Made by a program: the position numbers and the translations under genes | The notes under the pieces: generated by a model | The model's database searches: none | The model's input: the letters and a program-made list of their open reading frames with translations, nothing else | What the model was told of the DNA's origin: nothing | Part shown: positions 1-10,629 of the stretch, in pieces | How positions within the stretch are numbered: the first letter of the stretch is position 1 | Layout: each line of letters begins with the position of its first letter | NCBI RefSeq assembly: GCF_004010195.1 | Contig: NC_057755.1 | Span: 3,294,692-3,345,308 of the forward strand | Direction of reading: 5' to 3' | From: Chiloscyllium plagiosum | Lineage: Eukaryota | Length of the DNA: 50,617 nt

Positions 1-125
1 GAGATAGGGAGGTGTGTCGGGTGTGGAGGGGGTCACAGAGATAGGGAGGGGTGTAGGGGCTGGATGAGGGAACAGAAATAGGGAGGGTTGAGAGGTAGGA
101 AGTAGGTTACAGAAAGGGAGGTGGA
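1..125. repeat. Degenerate G-rich minisatellite (gagatagggaggggtgtaggggctggag...)
   Basis: About three diverged ~37-bp units. Confidence 0.6.
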
Positions 126-170
126 TGGGACAAGGATCAAGGCATAATCTGAAAGTAAAGGATGATAATG

Positions 171-257
171 TTAAAGCTCCACCATCTCATAACATCTCTC
201 TGCAGCATGGAACAAGCTTCTGTCTTTTAATGGATTAACGTGAGAGAAGTCTGCCAC
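171..257 (-). CDS. MS4A: Probable terminal exon of the MS4A gene (VADFSHVNPLKDRSLFHAAERCYEMVEL* if read in phase 0)
   Basis: Strong acceptor ttttcttttgcaaattaattttcAG; 28 open codons with a YxxV motif, TAA at 173-171. Coding status depends on the upstream TGA or on donor choice. Confidence 0.5.
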   Translation of the reverse strand: MADFSHVNPLKDRSLFHAAERCYEMVEL

Positions 258-559
258 CTGAAAATTAATTTGCAAAAGAAAATAAGTTATTACTTTTGTA
301 ATGATAGCAAGACAGATCCAGAATATATTCAAAAACCTTACAGAGTGTTAGCCCTGGATCATAAAGTAGCTGATGTCTTGTTCTGGTAAAACAGAACACC
401 GGATAGATTATGTCAGGAGTAACAAAGCCTGGAACTGGGAATTGAGGACGGATATGTTGGCTCCAGAGGGCTAGATATCCTTTATCTGAATCTGACCAGG
501 ACTCCACTCCGAGCAAGGGTTGTGTAGAATGGATGAGTTTCCCACGGCTGGTGCCGGTG

Positions 560-800
560 TCTCGGCCAATGCTGGGTGTTCCGTCTAGTTTCAGTCCTTT
601 TCTGCCACCATTTGGTAGAATTGAGTGACTTGCTGGGCCATTTCTGAGGGCAGTTAAAAGTCGACCAAACTGCTGTGGGTCTGAATCCACACACAGGCCG
701 CACCAGGTGAGGATGGCAGAATTCCTACTCTACAGGATATTCCTAAACCAGATAACAATCAATGATAGTTTCACCATCACAATCACCGCCTTTTAATTCC
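560..800 (-). mobile_element. Old SINE, Deu-SINE/SacSINE1-like
   Basis: gagggcagttaaaagtcgacc...tgctgtgggtctg...aggatggcagattcct; reverse complement of the copy at ~39985-40160. Family name from recall. Confidence 0.5.
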
Positions 801-904
801 AGCTAGTGTATTTATCAGAGTGTGAGGGTGTGTACAAGGGTATATGTGTGCTTGTGAGTGTGGACGCATGAGTGTGCCCATGTATATGCCAGTGTGCAAA
901 TGTT

Positions 905-1092
905 GACAGGGTGGTGCTGGAAAAGCACCCAAGGAGTAGGAGAATCAATGTTTCTGGCATAAACTCTTCAGCAGGTTCCTAATGAAGAGCTTATTCCCGA
1001 AACATTGGTTCTCCTGCTCCTCGGATGCTGCCTGACCTGCTGTGCTTTTCCAGCACCACCCTGATCTCCAGCATCTGCAGCCCTCACTTTCT
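905..1092. mobile_element. Penelope-like non-autonomous palindromic fragment
   Basis: Inverted arms ggtgctggaaaagcac ... tgcttttccagcacc, with a degenerate ctaatgaagagc...cccgaaac core. Confidence 0.65.
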
Positions 1093-1340
1093 TTTGGTGT
1101 ATAAATGTGACGTGAACACTACCAGAAGAATTCCTGCGGTTCATATGTGTGTGAGAGGATGTGTAGATGTGGGTGTCTTTATGTGTCTGTGTAAATGTGC
1201 ATGTTTGAATGTGTACATGTATGAACACATGTACACACATCTTATGTACTTATGTGTGAGAATGAATGTCTTGATATTTTTGTGTGAGTTCCAGTGACTG
1301 AATGATCAGCAACTGTTCTTACCAGATAACTGAGAGCCAC

Positions 1341-1448
1341 TCAGGATCGAAGGACATGCTTACAGTGGAGAACAAAAATCGCAAAAGATATGACCATTGA
1401 AGTCAGTGCAAAAATCATCAGCATTGATGTTATTGCAATTGCTGCGTT
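1341..1448 (-). CDS. MS4A: MS4A-family exon, TM4 (NAAIAITSMLMIFALTSMVISFAIFVLHCKHVLRS*)
   Basis: Acceptor tctttgttttgtAG, phase 0. Hydrophobic helix followed by CK as in MS4A TM4. TGA at 1343-1341; the exon probably continues to the donor CTG|GTAAGA at 1323. Confidence 0.8.
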   Translation of the reverse strand, partial: NAAIAITSMLMIFALTSMVISFAIFVLHCKHVLRS

Positions 1449-1689
1449 CTACAAAACAAAGATATAGAAATAAATCAAACACCTCAGTAAATCACTGCTT
1501 AGGCCTCAGCTCGAGTATTGTGTATTACTGTGAGTGCCAAGACTAGATAAGACAGCAGTTATAACACAAAATAAAGTCTTTCAACAACTCTCTGACCTTT
1601 GCCTTGCCAATGGTGACAGAACATAAGTCATCCAAGTGCGTGAATCATAGAAGGTTAGGATGCAGGTGCAGCAAGTGTCAGGAAAAAGT

Positions 1690-2522
1690 CAGAGAGCCAT
1701 ACAGCATGGAAACAGACCCCTAGGTTCAACTCGTCCATGCTGACCAAGTTTCCCAAACTGACCAAGTCAGACTTGCCTGCATTTGGCCCATATCCCCCCT
1801 AAACCTTTCCTGTTCATGTACCTGTACAAATGTCTTTTAAATGTCACTGCACCTGCATCCACCACTTCCTCTGGCAGTTCATGTCACATACAATGTGACA
1901 CGTTGGCTCAGTGGTTAGCACTACTGCCTCCACAGTGGCAGGGACCTGGGTTCGATTCCAGCCTCAGGTGACTATCTGTGTGGAGTTTGCACGTTTTCTT
2001 TGTGGGTGGCACAGTGGTTAGCACTGCTGCCTCACAGCGCCAGAGACCCGGGTTCAATTCCCGCCTCAGGTGACTCTCTGTGTGGAGTTTGCACATTCTC
2101 CCCAACACTGTAAGTAATCTAATACAACCCACCCTCTGAAAAAGCTATCCCTCAAGTCCCTTTTAAATCTTCCTCCTCTCCCCTTAAAAATATGGCCCTT
2201 AGTTTTGAACTGCCCTACCCCAAGGGTAAAGGCTTTTGCTATTCACCTCATCTATGCCCTGCATGATTTCATAAACCTCTATATGATCACCCCTCAACCT
2301 CCTACGCTCCAGTGCATGTCCCAGACTCTCCCCATTACTCAAATCTCCAGTCCCCGCAACATCCTGGTAAATCTTTTCTGAACCCCCTCCAATTTAATAA
2401 TATTGTTTCGATAGCAGGGTGACCAGAACTGTATACAATACTCCAAAACTGGCCTCTTATACAACCTCAACATGACGTCCCAAGATCTAAGCAATGAAGA
2501 CAAGCGTGCTAAATGCCTTCTT
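1690..2522 (-). mobile_element. CR1-family LINE 3' fragment interrupted by a SINE
   Basis: Minus-strand peptide LYKRPVLEYCIQFWSP...LEGVQKRFTRM (CR1 ORF2 C-terminus) plus 3' UTR. Confidence 0.85.
1898..2125 (+). mobile_element. Truncated HE1-like tRNA-derived SINE with duplicated head
   Basis: Two tandem box A/box B heads (tggctcagtggttagc...ggttcgattcc), then a gtaagtaatctaat tail. Confidence 0.8.
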
Positions 2523-2634
2523 ATTGGGAAGGGGATTGGATGCAAGAGTAGGAAAGTTATGCTTCAGTTTTACTGGAGATTGGAGAGACTGCATCTGGAG
2601 TACTGTGTGCACTACTGATCACCATACATACAGA

Positions 2635-3317
2635 AGACCATAAGAAACACAAACAAGAGTGGGTATCGTGAACCCTCAAGCCCGCTCTACCATTCAATAG
2701 GATCATAGCTGACCCGAAATTCCTCACATCTATTTTCCTCCCCTTTCTCCATAACCCTCGATTCTCCAACTGGCCAAGAACCTATCCAGGTCAGCCTTAA
2801 ATATACACAGTGAGTCAGCTCTCCATTGGAGGGAATGCAAAGACTCCCATACCTCTGAAAAATGAAATTTCTCCTCATCTCAGTCTTAAATTGGTGCCCC
2901 TTTTATTCTGAGACTCTCCCACATGGGGAAACACCCTCTCAGCATTGACCCTGTCAGGCCCCATAAGAACCTGGTAGGTTTCAATAAGGTCACCTCTCAT
3001 TCTCCTAAACTCCAGTGAGTGAATCCCAACCTGTTTAATCTTTGCTGATAAGACAATCATCCTGTACCAGGGATCACCCTAGTGAACCTTCTCTGAACTG
3101 CCTCCAATTCAATACAAACTTTCCTTAAATAAGGGACCCATAGGTGCTCATTATATTCCAGATGTGGTCTCACTAACACCTTGTACAGTTGCAGTAAGAC
3201 TCCTCTACCCTTATAACTCCAACCCCTTGAAAGAAGGGCCAGCATTCCATTACCGTTCCAGGTTACCTGTTGCCCCTGTGTACTAGTTTTCTGTGGTTTG
3301 TGCACTAGAACCGCCAA
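2635..3317 (-). mobile_element. CR1 LINE 3' fragment, second subfamily
   Basis: LYKVLVRPHLEY...LEAVQRRFTR and RMRGDLIETY motifs. Confidence 0.85.
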
Positions 3318-3817
3318 NNNNNNNNNNNNNNNNNNNNNNNNNNNNNNNNNNNNNNNNNNNNNNNNNNNNNNNNNNNNNNNNNNNNNNNNNNNNNNNNNNN
3401 NNNNNNNNNNNNNNNNNNNNNNNNNNNNNNNNNNNNNNNNNNNNNNNNNNNNNNNNNNNNNNNNNNNNNNNNNNNNNNNNNNNNNNNNNNNNNNNNNNNN
3501 NNNNNNNNNNNNNNNNNNNNNNNNNNNNNNNNNNNNNNNNNNNNNNNNNNNNNNNNNNNNNNNNNNNNNNNNNNNNNNNNNNNNNNNNNNNNNNNNNNNN
3601 NNNNNNNNNNNNNNNNNNNNNNNNNNNNNNNNNNNNNNNNNNNNNNNNNNNNNNNNNNNNNNNNNNNNNNNNNNNNNNNNNNNNNNNNNNNNNNNNNNNN
3701 NNNNNNNNNNNNNNNNNNNNNNNNNNNNNNNNNNNNNNNNNNNNNNNNNNNNNNNNNNNNNNNNNNNNNNNNNNNNNNNNNNNNNNNNNNNNNNNNNNNN
3801 NNNNNNNNNNNNNNNNN

Positions 3818-4040
3818 TTTAAGACAGATGTCAGAGGCAGGTTCTCTACTCAGAGAGTGGTAAGGGCGTGGTATGCCCTGCCTGTCAATGTAGTTAACTC
3901 AGCCACGTTAGGGAGATTTAAACAATCCTTGGATAAACACATGGATGATGATGGGACAGTGTAGGGTGATACACTTAGATTATTTCGGGGCAACATTGAG
4001 GGCTGAAGGGCCTGTTCTGCGCTATATTGTTCTATGTCCC
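3818..4040 (+). mobile_element. CR1 LINE 3' end
   Basis: FSTQRVVRAWYALP...FKQSLDKHM and 3' UTR gggctgaagggcctgttct. Confidence 0.8.
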
Positions 4041-4819
4041 TAGGACTTGTTTTCCTGATCCTCCCATCCTTTTCTGCTTCCTTCTTTCCCTGCTTAATTT
4101 CTCCTCCTGATCCTTCCATCCTCAGTGATGTCTTCTCTCCAATTTTCTTTATCTTCTTTTTTCTATCCATCCTTCTTCCAATCTTCTTGCTTTAGCTTTG
4201 TACTCCCAAATCTTTTTTCACAAGCGATCCTTCCATTCCTTTACTCAGGAACCTGTAAATCTGCTGACCTACGCAGAAGATGTTGACTCTGGAAGTCTTG
4301 AGGACTACTGTCAAAATGGCTGCTAAGATGTCTGATTGACCAACAAGACCCTTTGATGGTTATCTGCAACCAGAGGTTTTGCCAGTTGGCTTGGGAGTTG
4401 ATGACAGCGAAGGAACAAGCTATCATGCTTTGGCCTGTTCGACCTCTTTGGTTGGAGGTCATTCCTACTTTGATAGAAATAAGAGATTGGGGCAAACAAA
4501 ATGGCTTCCAATAATACGGGCTGATCAAAGGCAGTCCTCACCGTGGTCTGTGATTTGAACCTGGTTCGGGACAGACTTGGATCTGTTGTCCTCTGAAGGG
4601 AAGGGGGTTGGGGGCAAATACATTGACACTTGACAACTTTGCAATGGGTGAGGGGTAGACTGGATGTAGTTGGGTTGATTGGTTAATGCCCATGATCTCA
4701 AGACAGTGGCAGTTTGGGGTCAAGGGTTGGGGTAAGTGAGGGAGCGGTTTGTCACACTTTGACCTCGTTGGCCTCTTGGGTGGGGATCATTATCACTCCC
4801 TTCCACTGTGGCTAAGTGT

Positions 4820-5572
4820 GAGAGTCATAGAGATGTACAGCATGGAAACAGACCCTCCGGTCCAACCTGTCCATGCCGCCCAACCCAATCTAATCCTACC
4901 TGCCAGCACCTGGCCCATATCCCTCCAAACCTTTCCTATCCATATACCCATCCAGATGCCTTTTCAATGTTGTAATTGTACCAGCCCCCACCACATCCTC
5001 TGACAGCTCATTCCAAACACGTACCACCCTCTGTGTGAAAAAGTTGCCCCTTAGGTCCCTTTTATATCTTTCCCCTCTCACCCTAAACCTATGCCCCTCT
5101 AGTTCTGCACTCCCCACCCCAGGGAAAAGACTTTGCATACTTACTCTATCCATGTCCCTCATAATTTTGTAAACCTCTATAAGGTCACCCCTCAGCCTCC
5201 GACGCTCCAGGGAAAACAGCTCCAGCCTGTTCAGCCTCTCCCTGTAGCTCAGACCCTCCAATCCTGGCAACACCCTTGTAAATCTTTTCTGAACCCTTTC
5301 AAGTTTCCACAACATCTTTCCGATCGGAAGGAGACCAGAATTGCCCGCAATATTCCAACAGTGGCCTAACCAATGTCCTGTACAACCGCAACATGACCTC
5401 CCAACTCCTGTACTCAATACTCTGACCAATAAAGGAAAGCATACCAAACGCTGCCTTCACTATCCTATCTACCTGCGACCCCACTTTTGAGGAGCTATGA
5501 ACCTGCACTCCAAGGTCTCTTTGTTCAGCAACACTCCCTAGGACCTTACCCATTAAAGTCCTGCTAAGATTT
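4820..5572 (-). mobile_element. CR1 (HER1-like) LINE 3' fragment, relatively young
   Basis: QRDLGVQVH, LYRTLVRPLLEYC, RRLRGDLIEVYKI and FFTQRVVRVWNEL motifs with one frameshift. Confidence 0.92.
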
Positions 5573-5574
5573 GT

Positions 5575-6330
5575 TTGAGGAGGAGGGCGAGTTGGGTTGG
5601 GTTGGGGGGGGTGGGGGGTTTGGCGCGGATCTAGGAGGGAGTGTCCGCTGTGCCATTGCGTTGACGTAAGCTACCTTCAACATCACCCTTGACCTCTCAG
5701 CGGGTACCAGAGAGGTCAAGGGGGGGAGGGGCAGGGGGATTTTGACCACAGGGTGGGACAGGGGTGGTGGCTGAAACCCTAACGGGGGTGACGTGTGACT
5801 CCTGGACTTGTTTCCACCCATCCAACCCACCCATCCATCCAACCCAACCATCCATCCAACCCACCCATCCATGCGGCCAATTGGCAACTATGAAGGGCGG
5901 GGGTCAGAGGTCCACCTGCCCACTACCTCCCCATCCACAAACCCCGCCCCCCCCCGCCATCCAACCGCCGCACGTGTCCAACCTCCCCCTGGGACAATGG
6001 GTGGGGCCGCAGCGACGGTTGGAGCGCGCTCGAGGGAGAAATTCGAATTTCAAAAACGGCGGGGCTCGCCTCCGCAGCCGCTGCGCGTGCGCACAAGCGG
6101 GGGTTTTTTTTGGAGGTGGGAGGTGCTGCCGGCGCGGTAGCGCACCGCACCTTTGTCAAAATGGCGCGGGCTTGGAGCGCTGGGACCTTATCAAAATGGC
6201 GTGAGGCGGGGGAGAAATGCCCGGACCTTATCAAAATGGCGCGAGGCGGGAGAAATGCCCGGACCTTATCAAAATGGCGCGAGGCGGTGGCGAAATGCCC
6301 GGACCTTATCAAAATGGCGCGAGGAGAGGA
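5575..6330. promoter_or_regulatory. CpG-rich island-like segment with five tandem YY1-like motifs
   Basis: TCAAAATGGCG at 6156, 6191, 6231, 6269 and 6309 in 35-40 bp units; palindrome GAAATTCGAATTTC at 6038-6051; (CCAT/CCAA)n tract at 5815-5872. Confidence 0.5.
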
Positions 6331-6697
6331 TGGCATTGAAGAGCTTTTTTTGGTCAATAAGAAGTTTCCCAGATGGGCCTCTCCATCAGCTTGAATTCCT
6401 CTAATACAGTCCTTCAGCCTAACAGTGCACCCTAACCTTTTGCAATACCTTAATACAAACAATTCGCACTAAAACATGCCTTTCTTCCAGACATGTGATA
6501 GATCCACTGTCATTAAGCACAAAATTAAGCATCTACAGTATTCAGAATGCAATCATCAATGCCATTCTCTTGCCTTAAAACATATGTATTCGTATACCAT
6601 GCCTCTGCCTCTCAGCTTCTTTGGCCTTAATACTAGGCAGGTCACGACACCTTCTTTGACCTTAGCACTAAACAGATCTCTAACCCAAAGTGTTGGA

Positions 6698-7525
6698 GAC
6701 AAAACAGAAATTGCTGGAAAATCTCAGCAAATCTGTCAGCATTTGTGGAGAGGAATCAGAGTTAACGTTTTTGTTTGAGTGACCCTTCCTCAGAATTGAT
6801 GGTAGCCAGGAATAAGTCTGTTTATATGCAGAAGATAGGGTGGGGGTGAGGCAGTCAGGAGTAAACGATAGGTGGGGATAAAGCCCAAAGAGACAGAAGA
6901 AGAGTTAGACAGACAAAGGAGTGGATAGCAATCTGGGAGGAAGTGAGGACTGAAGATGCTGGAGATCAGAGTCAAAAAGTATGCTGCTGGAAAAGCACAG
7001 CAGGTCAGGTAACATCTGAGGAGCAGGAGGGTTGACGTTTCTGATGTCATTGCTGATGAAGAGCTTATGCTCGAAATGTCGGCTCTCCTGCTCCTTGGAT
7101 AACAATCTGTCCTGGAGAGTGAATAGATGTTAATGGAGGCTTTCAGTGGCTAACAAAAGGTAGTGTGTAATAGCAGACTATGTGATAACAAGGCCTGGTA
7201 TGTGGTGTAGGGGTAAGGTTGTAGGAGAGCTCAAGCTGTAAAGTTATTGAACTCAATATTGAGTCCGGAGGGTTGCAGGGTCCCCAAGTGAAAGATGAGG
7301 TGGTGTTCTTCCAGTTTGTGCTGAGCTTTGATGGAGAAGTGCAGCAAGCTTAAGAGATATTTTGACTGGGAACAGGGTGGTGTGTTGAGGTGGCAGGTAA
7401 CTGGAAGTTCAGGGTCTTTCTTGTGGTAGAACAGTGTTCTGTGAAGCGGTCATCCAGTCTATGCTTTGTTTGCCCGATGTAGAGGAGACTACATTGTGAG
7501 CAGCAAATGTAGTAGACTAGATTGT
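6698..7525 (-). mobile_element. Penelope-like element 3' part with GIY-YIG endonuclease remnant; second PLE fragment nested at 6936-7095
   Basis: Minus strand LVYYICCSQCSLLYIGQTKHRLDDRFTEH and KLEEHHLIFHLGTLQPSGLNIEF. Nested insert flanked by a tggata(g/a)caatctg duplication (6922-6935, 7096-7109). Confidence 0.85.
7053..7085 (+). ncRNA. Minimal hammerhead-ribozyme-like motif (Penelope type)
   Basis: CTGATGA-A-GAGC/TTAT/GCTC-GAAA core with an intact stem II; stems I and III not firmly resolved. Confidence 0.5.
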
Positions 7526-7544
7526 GAGATGGCAGGAGAGTTTT

Positions 7545-8130
7545 TTTTTAGATATCCAAAGCTAAGAGGAGTGAGTGGACATTGGACCGCAGGAAAATGA
7601 GACTGAAGTAGTAATGGGGATTAAATAAATGGCAGAGGAACTGAATAGGTACCTTATATCAGTTTTCACAGTGAAAGACAGGAGCAGCAGCATACCGGAA
7701 CTTCAAGGGAGTCAGGGGCAGAGATGAGTGCTGTGGATATATCATGCAGACCGGTGAACCACACCCCAAGGTTCTGAAGGAAATATCTGAAGAGATTGTA
7801 GAAGCATTGGTGGTGATCTTTCAGGAATCACTGGAATCCAGTAGGATAATGGATCATGTAACACCCCTATTTAAGAAGGGAGGGAGGAAGTAAGAAGACA
7901 GGCATCTATAGGCCTGTTAGCCTGACGTCAGTTGTTGGTAAGATTTGAGAATCCATTATTAAGGATGAGATTGTGGAGTATTTGGAAGCGCATGTTAAAA
8001 TATGGCTGAGTCAGCACGGCTTCGTCAAGGGTAAGTCATGCCTGATAAATCTGTTAGGATTCCTAGAAGTAACGAGCAAGTTAGACAAGGGAGAGCCAAT
8101 AGACATGGTTTATTTCAGTATCCTTCACAA
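7545..8130 (+). mobile_element. CR1 LINE ORF2 internal fragment (RT N-terminal region)
   Basis: Degenerate VTPLFKKG, YRPVSLTSVVGK and SQHGFVKGKSCLINL motifs. Confidence 0.8.
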
Positions 8131-8574
8131 GATATAGAGCAGTGGAGTCCCAGAGAATATGTCCAAATGTACAGGGTGTTCTGTGACTGTATTTACAGAA
8201 TCTAGTGAGTGCATCCGTTAAGACGATTACGTTGGAGTAAACAGCGACAGGCCAAACTCTTTAGCCTGGATTTCATTCATTCCGCCCGCTTTCCTTCTTT
8301 TCTCAGTGTTCGTTTAGTTTTTGTGTTTCTCGTAGCTTTTGGAGGCCATGGAGAGAACTTGATTACTGCTAGGGCCAGCGCAAATCTGGATAGTAGTGAA
8401 GTGGTCAAGCATGGTGGTGGTCAGAGACAATGGCAAGGGATGGCTAAGAACACAAGTGCTGAACTTCTTTATTTTTGTATTTCTATAACTAAGATTTTGT
8501 ACATAAGATAGCGTTATAGTACACTTCTCATTGTACTTTTGTACCCCAAACTTGAGTACAAAATCTAAATCTAA

Positions 8575-8820
8575 TGTGTAGACCTCCTAGTGCCTGTGTC
8601 CTCATCTATAGGGGGTTCCCAATGAGTGTGAGAGTGTTTACTGGTGGCTCCCATGAGTCTGTAATTACACCGAAGCCCCAGTCTGTCTGTATTTACAGGG
8701 GTCCCGAGTGAGTCTGTCTGTATTTACAGAGGAGTCCCTAGGGCATGTGTTAAACTTTACAGGGTGGTTCCAAGAAATAGATCTGAATTTACAAGCAGTC
8801 TCTGGGGGGTTCTGCTGATG
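8575..8820. repeat. Degenerate ~30-bp minisatellite (tgtatttacaggggtcccgagtgagtctg)
   Basis: Recurring tttacag...ccc...gag units. Confidence 0.55.
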
Positions 8821-10629
8821 TGTTGGGGTTAAATCTTTAATCCCTGTTCTGCAGTGAAAAGTTTTGTTCTGTTTAATTTTAAAAAAAGCTCTTGACAAAT
8901 TGTTCAGTTGGAGAGCATATTGAACAGTTTTAATTATATCTATTGTCTATAAGTTACAGATTGTTTAAATTGTTCAGACCATGGAAAGCACAGTCACATC
9001 TCTCAAAGCAACTTTGACAAGAGACTGAGATTGGTGCTAGCTTAATTTGTCAAATAACAGTTTTGAAAAACGTGACTTGGTTGACCCTGTGTTGAATGAG
9101 TTCAGAGGTTGTGTGTTTGAAATGTTTGTTTTCCCCACACACTAGGTACCTAGACAAGGGGTTGAGGCTTCTATACTTCTTCAGAGCTCCCCAGTTGGGT
9201 GGAAGGTTCTGAGACAGGAGCATTATCTTCTTAGTTCTCTTCTCCCTGCCACTGGTCTGACTGAGGTCACTGCAGAGTCCCAACCTCTCTTACTGGGTTG
9301 AGTATGCAGTCTCCCCTCTGCCAACTAGACATTCCTCACACACATCCTGCCCACTGCTGGTTGGATGTTAGATTGTGGCAGTCATTGTTTTTGGGCTAAT
9401 CTTGTCCCAATTGAAAAGGTCTGGGAGAGTATTGGATGTTTTGTGCTGGGCAGTGGTTATTTAAGAGTCGATGGGCCTGCAGTGCCAGCAGTGCAGCCTC
9501 ACACTGAAGGTGAAATCTGTCCGATTACACAATGTGGATATTTTTCTTTTGAAGAGTGGCAAGGAGAGAATGAGACATCATGGCAGATACAAAGGCAAAA
9601 AGGGAGATGGAGGTGGGTGGTGGATAGAAAAGGCAGAGTGAGTGACAGAGACATAGACATCAAGGTGGGGGTTGGCATAAGAAATGAAAAGACAGTGAAT
9701 ACCAGAAATGAATTCCTAAGCATGGTGTGGAACAAACTGCCTTGAGCTCCCAATCACATCACCCTCACCAGCTCAATGTGACCAAGCAGGGTGAGCTGAC
9801 ATTCCAGGGTAGAGGGAAGCAGGAAGTGAGATCCAGGGCATAGCTGTAAGCAAGCATGGAGGGACAGAATGAGGGATGATATCAATTTACTGTGGCTAAG
9901 AGGATGCAAATCACATCCAGAGCATTTGAGCAAGAAGCAAGAGGGATGGTGATTACACTTATGCGCTGCCATCTCACACTGCCAACATAATTCTGTGCAG
10001 AGATTAGGGCTGTGTAACATCACCTATTGTTCAACAGCGATGAAATGATTGGAAAGATTTCTGAGCAGGGGTATAGAAAATGAACAAGGCCAACATCGAA
10101 GTGTTTACTACTGCACTAAAGGCACATCAGGAACGAGGGCGTTATGTATCAATTCTCTTCCTCTCCCAATTATCCAAGAACAGCAGGCCAGGCTACTCAG
10201 CACGATGAAAGAGAACCTCTCCTTAACTGCGGCTGCTAATGGGTATGGTGGTATCTCCTCACTCTGGGGTGCTGTAAACAAACAGACACATGTCAGCTGT
10301 CACAGAAGCATGAGCACAAGAACACACAGTAAAACGGTAATGTACTAACATTATTAGTCTGCTTACATGACTGAAAATTAATCTAGTCTGCATTATCAGC
10401 CCATCCAGTACAGCACCATAGATTAGTTTACAATGCTGTATAAAAATAAAAAAAACCCACTGTCGTAAATCAGAAACAAAAACAGAAATTGCTTGAAAAG
10501 CTCAGCAGGTCTGGCAGCATCTGTGGAGAGAAATAGAGTTAATGTTTTGGGTCGAGTGTTCTGAGGAATCCAATTGTTCCTCCAATCCTGTGCTCTGGAT
10601 TATCAGTCCAGTGACATGACCCCTACAAT

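Noticed and set aside
3293..3964. ORFs spanning N runs (also 40295-40894)
   Set aside because: Assembly gap artefacts.
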